The translations under genes and the position numbers were made by a program. DNA of 64,000 nucleotides from Heteronotia binoei. Taxonomy: Eukaryota. The notes below the pieces were generated by a model. It had not been told where the DNA came from. It saw only the letters and a list, made by a program, of their open reading frames with translations, and did no database searches. The stretch is taken from contig NC_083234.1 in NCBI RefSeq assembly GCF_032191835.1, positions 17,174,001 through 17,238,000 of the forward strand. The letters run 5' to 3'. Shown here piece by piece: positions 60,417 to 64,000 of this stretch (the first letter of the stretch is position 1; each line of letters begins with the position of its first letter).

Positions 60417-63400
60417 GTGAGTTCAGATCTATATTGCAGTCATAGACTCTATATCATCTCACAAGGTAACAAAGAATTTTAAAATGTGTTACAATAGATG
60501 ACTAAAAATAATTAATAGTTAAATACAATATAATGGATGGTTTATACCAGGGGTGGCCAAACTGTGGCACATATTGTGTGGCTCTTGACGGCCCCACCAC
60601 CCCATTGACCAGTTTGAAGAAGGCATTTCTCTCTTTAAACCACTTCTTCAAGCCAAGCTAGTCAGCAGCTTGGAGAATGCATTTAAAGTTAAAGTTCCTT
60701 TCTTTCCACCTCTCCCCCCTGATCTATTTGCCTGCCTGTCTGCTCTCAAACATCTGATGTTCATGTCTGGCGATTCTCAAACATCTGACATTTATTCTCT
60801 GTGGCTCTTATGTTAAACAAGTTTCAGCAGCCTGGGTTATAAACACTCACACACACAAAAAATAGTTTATTATGTAAATTGTTTTAGATACATTTTTAGG
60901 TTGTTAAGAACAGTAAAATATTAAAAATTTGTCAGCACCTAATACATTTTGTCAAATTTTACATTCAGCTGTGCAGAATTTCACACTGAGTGCTCTGTCG
61001 GTATTCACCTATAAGTAGCATTCTGACGTATGCTAGATCAGAGCCACCAGGGTTTTTGCTAAGCAAAGAAGAGATATACTTTAGACCAGGGGTGTCAAAC
61101 AAGCAGTTCAGGGGCCGAATCTGGCCCTCGGAGGGCTCCTATCAGGAGCTACTGGCTGTCATCTGCTTATCCTTCTCCTTCTCTCTTGCTTCCTTCTGCA
61201 TCATAGCTTGCTTTGCCAGGCTCTCTAAATTGCACAGCAGAGCTACTGAGCCAAGTTTCTGTTCCTTCTATTGACTGAGGCTCTCCCCCTGCCAAATCCC
61301 CTGGGGAAGAAAGGAAAGAGCTAGAGCTTCCTTTGCCCAGTTCCCTGGTTCCCATGGGAGAAATACAAAGAAAGCATCTTTAAGACCAATTAGTGTTAAC
61401 GTTTTAAGCATGCTTTAAGTTATATATTTGTGTGTTCTTTATACAAATTTATATCTCTGCTACCTAATCTTAAATACGTACACACATGGCCCAGCCCAAC
61501 AAGGTCTCATTTATGTCAGATCCAGCCCCCATAACAAATGAGTTTGACACCCCTGCTTTAAACATATATTATGCTAAGAAAGGGCAGTAGAGAAGATCAT
61601 AGTCTGTTGTTTTTATTGCTCCTGTGCCACATGAACATATGAACATATGAAGCTGCCTTATACTGAATCAGACCCTTGGTCCATCAAAGTCAGTATTGTC
61701 TTCTCAGACTGGCAGCGGCTCTCCAGGGTCTCAAGCTGAGGTTTTTCACACCTATTTGCCTGGGATCCTTTTTTGGAGATGCCAGGGATTGAACCTGGGA
61801 CCTTCTGCTTCCCAAGCACATGCTCTACCACTGAGCCACCGTCCCATCCCCATGGACAAGATCTGTCTGCCTTATGGACCTTTCTTTATGGACCTTCTAA
61901 TACCATGGAGGGGAGAGCTTGCCATCTGGCAAGGGTGAATGCCCTCCAATGACTCTGGCTCTCTGGTTGGGAGCACGTGAGTTATCACTCCTTAATTGGA
62001 ATGCCATTTGCGGAGTGCCTTAAGCTGTAGCAGGCAGGGGAAGATTCTGTGTTTTGTGCCGTCAAGTAGCTTTGGCAACCTTATATGAATGAATGACCTC
62101 CAAAACATCCTATCCTCAACAGTGCAGTATCCTCTGGGGTCTGGTCTGTAGGAATAGACTTAACCTGTCAGGATAGTCAGCACACAGGAGACTCTGGCAT
62201 CTTCAGCAACAGGCTTCTTTGTTATGGCTTTATTTAATTCATTTGTACCCTGCCTTTCTCCCCAGTGGGACTCAGAAAGGCTCTCAGGGGTGTCGAACTC
62301 ATTTGAAACCTTATAGGGCCAGTCCGTGTGTGTCATAAAATGTAATGCCAGGTAGTGAAGATATAAACTTTATAAAGGACACAGACAATTAATTAAAAAA
62401 CCACCCTTAAAATATGCTTCAAAGATTAGCACTCTTGCAATATTTCATTTATTTAACAGTTTCTGATAACTGATACCTTTTGCTCTGAATTGCTGTATCC
62501 AAATCTGGAGTCAATGTCTGTGCTGTAGCAATCTTGAGTATGCTGTTCAGGTATTGTTCAGGTGTGTGACTGTAAGTTGCAAACCTACTTTTGATTTATT
62601 GATAGTCATTACAGAAATCTCATGGTCAATGCTTTGAGCCTATGACCCAGGAGAAAAAATGAAGTGGCTGGGCACTGCGAGCTTTTGTATCTAAGTTGTT
62701 TGATGTACTGGTCAGCCAATGGAGAAAATAGAGGCTTTGCTTTGTAGCTCCTGTGCGATTGAGCAAGCCTGGCAAAGCAAGCTGTGATGCAGAAAGAAGA
62801 GAGAGAGAGAGAGAAGGAAGCAGATGACAGTGAGTTGTTTGCGGGTGGGATAGGAGCCCTCTGAGGGCCTGATTCAGCCCTCGGGCTGCGCATTTGACAC
62901 CCCTGGCTTACATCATTCTCCTCTTCTCTATTTTATCCTCACAACAACCCTGGGAGGCAGGTTAGGGTGAGAGAGTGTAACTGGCCCAAGGTAACCCAGT
63001 GTGGTGTAGCGGTTAAGAACAGCAAACTCTAATCAGGAGCGCCAGGTTTGATTCCCCACTCCTCCATCTGAAGCCTGCCAGGTGACTTTGGCCCACTCAG
63101 TTTTCTCAGAACTCTCTTAGCCCCACCTGCCCCACATGGTGCCTGTGGTGGGGAGAGGAAGGGAAGGTGATTGTAAGCCACTTTGAGACTCCTTAAGCTA
63201 GAGAAAACCGGGGTATAAAAACCCGCTCTTCTTCAGTGAGCTTCCATGGCATGAGTGGGGTCTCGAACCTGGGTCTCGGAAATATTAGTCCAGTACCCTT
63301 AACCAGTCCGCCACACTGGCTCAATCAAATTCTGTTGCTTGCGGCTTGGAAGACATTTACACACACTTGCGACTGCAACCAGCACACCCTGAACTGGAAT

Positions 63401-63785
63401 TAAATGAGTCTGCTTCGGTTCAGACCTTGAGTTGGGAACTGAAGCCAATATGTGAGGACTCAGTTAAAGGCATACACTCGCATGTGCATCACAAACAGCC
63501 TTACTCAGGTCTTGTAAACCAAAGGTTGTGGCTTCCATTATCGAGCCAATCCACCTGATATTGGGTCTTCCTCTTTTCCTGCCGCCCTCAGCTTTTCCTA
63601 GCACTGTCGTCACGTCTAGCGAGTCTTATAGCTAATCGAGTGAAATCAAATTGGCTGGCTGGACTTCAGCCACATGCGGTATTTGCCGTTCATGAAATTC
63701 CTTTGGAGAGTTGCAACCATGATTTGTCTGCGCTGGCACCTTGGAAGCGATCCAGTAGAGAGCCTTCACTTTGTTTTTGGTACAG

Positions 63786-63873
63786 GACTCCTGATCAAGC
63801 CAAGTATTTCCCGGAGCTTGCCCACCTTGGCTTGCGACTCTTGTGTTCCGAGCTTCACAGCCTGCAAGATAAG
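63786..63873 (+). CDS. NCAPD3: NCAPD3 coding exon 7; gene continues past window end
   Basis: (M)TPDQAKYFPELAHLGLRLLCSELHSLQDK|GTAAAC, 88 nt. Confidence 0.92.
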
Positions 63874-64000
63874 GTAAACAGAATTAATTCGTGTGTTTCA
63901 TTCGTGCTTGGAGAGACCTGTCCTATCCTGTAAACACAATGCACTTCTGTCTGTTCTCAACTGCAAATCTTTCCCGCAATGGATCTTGAACTGGATGTGC

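Overview
Vertebrate (squamate, most likely gecko; inferred from the SINE families) genomic DNA. It holds the conserved four-gene block ACAD8(-) / THYN1(+) / VPS26B(-) / NCAPD3(+), arranged head-to-head, tail-to-tail, head-to-head, with two compact bidirectional promoters. THYN1 (7 coding exons, 236 aa) and VPS26B (6 coding exons, 336 aa) are complete. ACAD8 (coding exons 1-2) and NCAPD3 (coding exons 1-7) run off the window edges. Introns are densely filled with CORE/L2-tailed SINEs, RTE-tailed SINEs, 5S-derived SINEs, CR1/L2/L1/RTE/Penelope fragments, hAT-type MITEs and a probable solo LTR. The main unexplained signal is a set of minus-strand exon-like islands in NCAPD3 introns 2-5. They splice with canonical GT-AG sites and matching phases into an uninterrupted 255-aa ORF with a strong Kozak ATG and a downstream AATAAA. 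Further in-phase but stop-containing exon remnants follow towards the VPS26B/NCAPD3 promoter. This is a candidate unannotated nested antisense gene or a recently decaying one. Exons were read by hand; repeat boundaries are approximate; no database search was possible.
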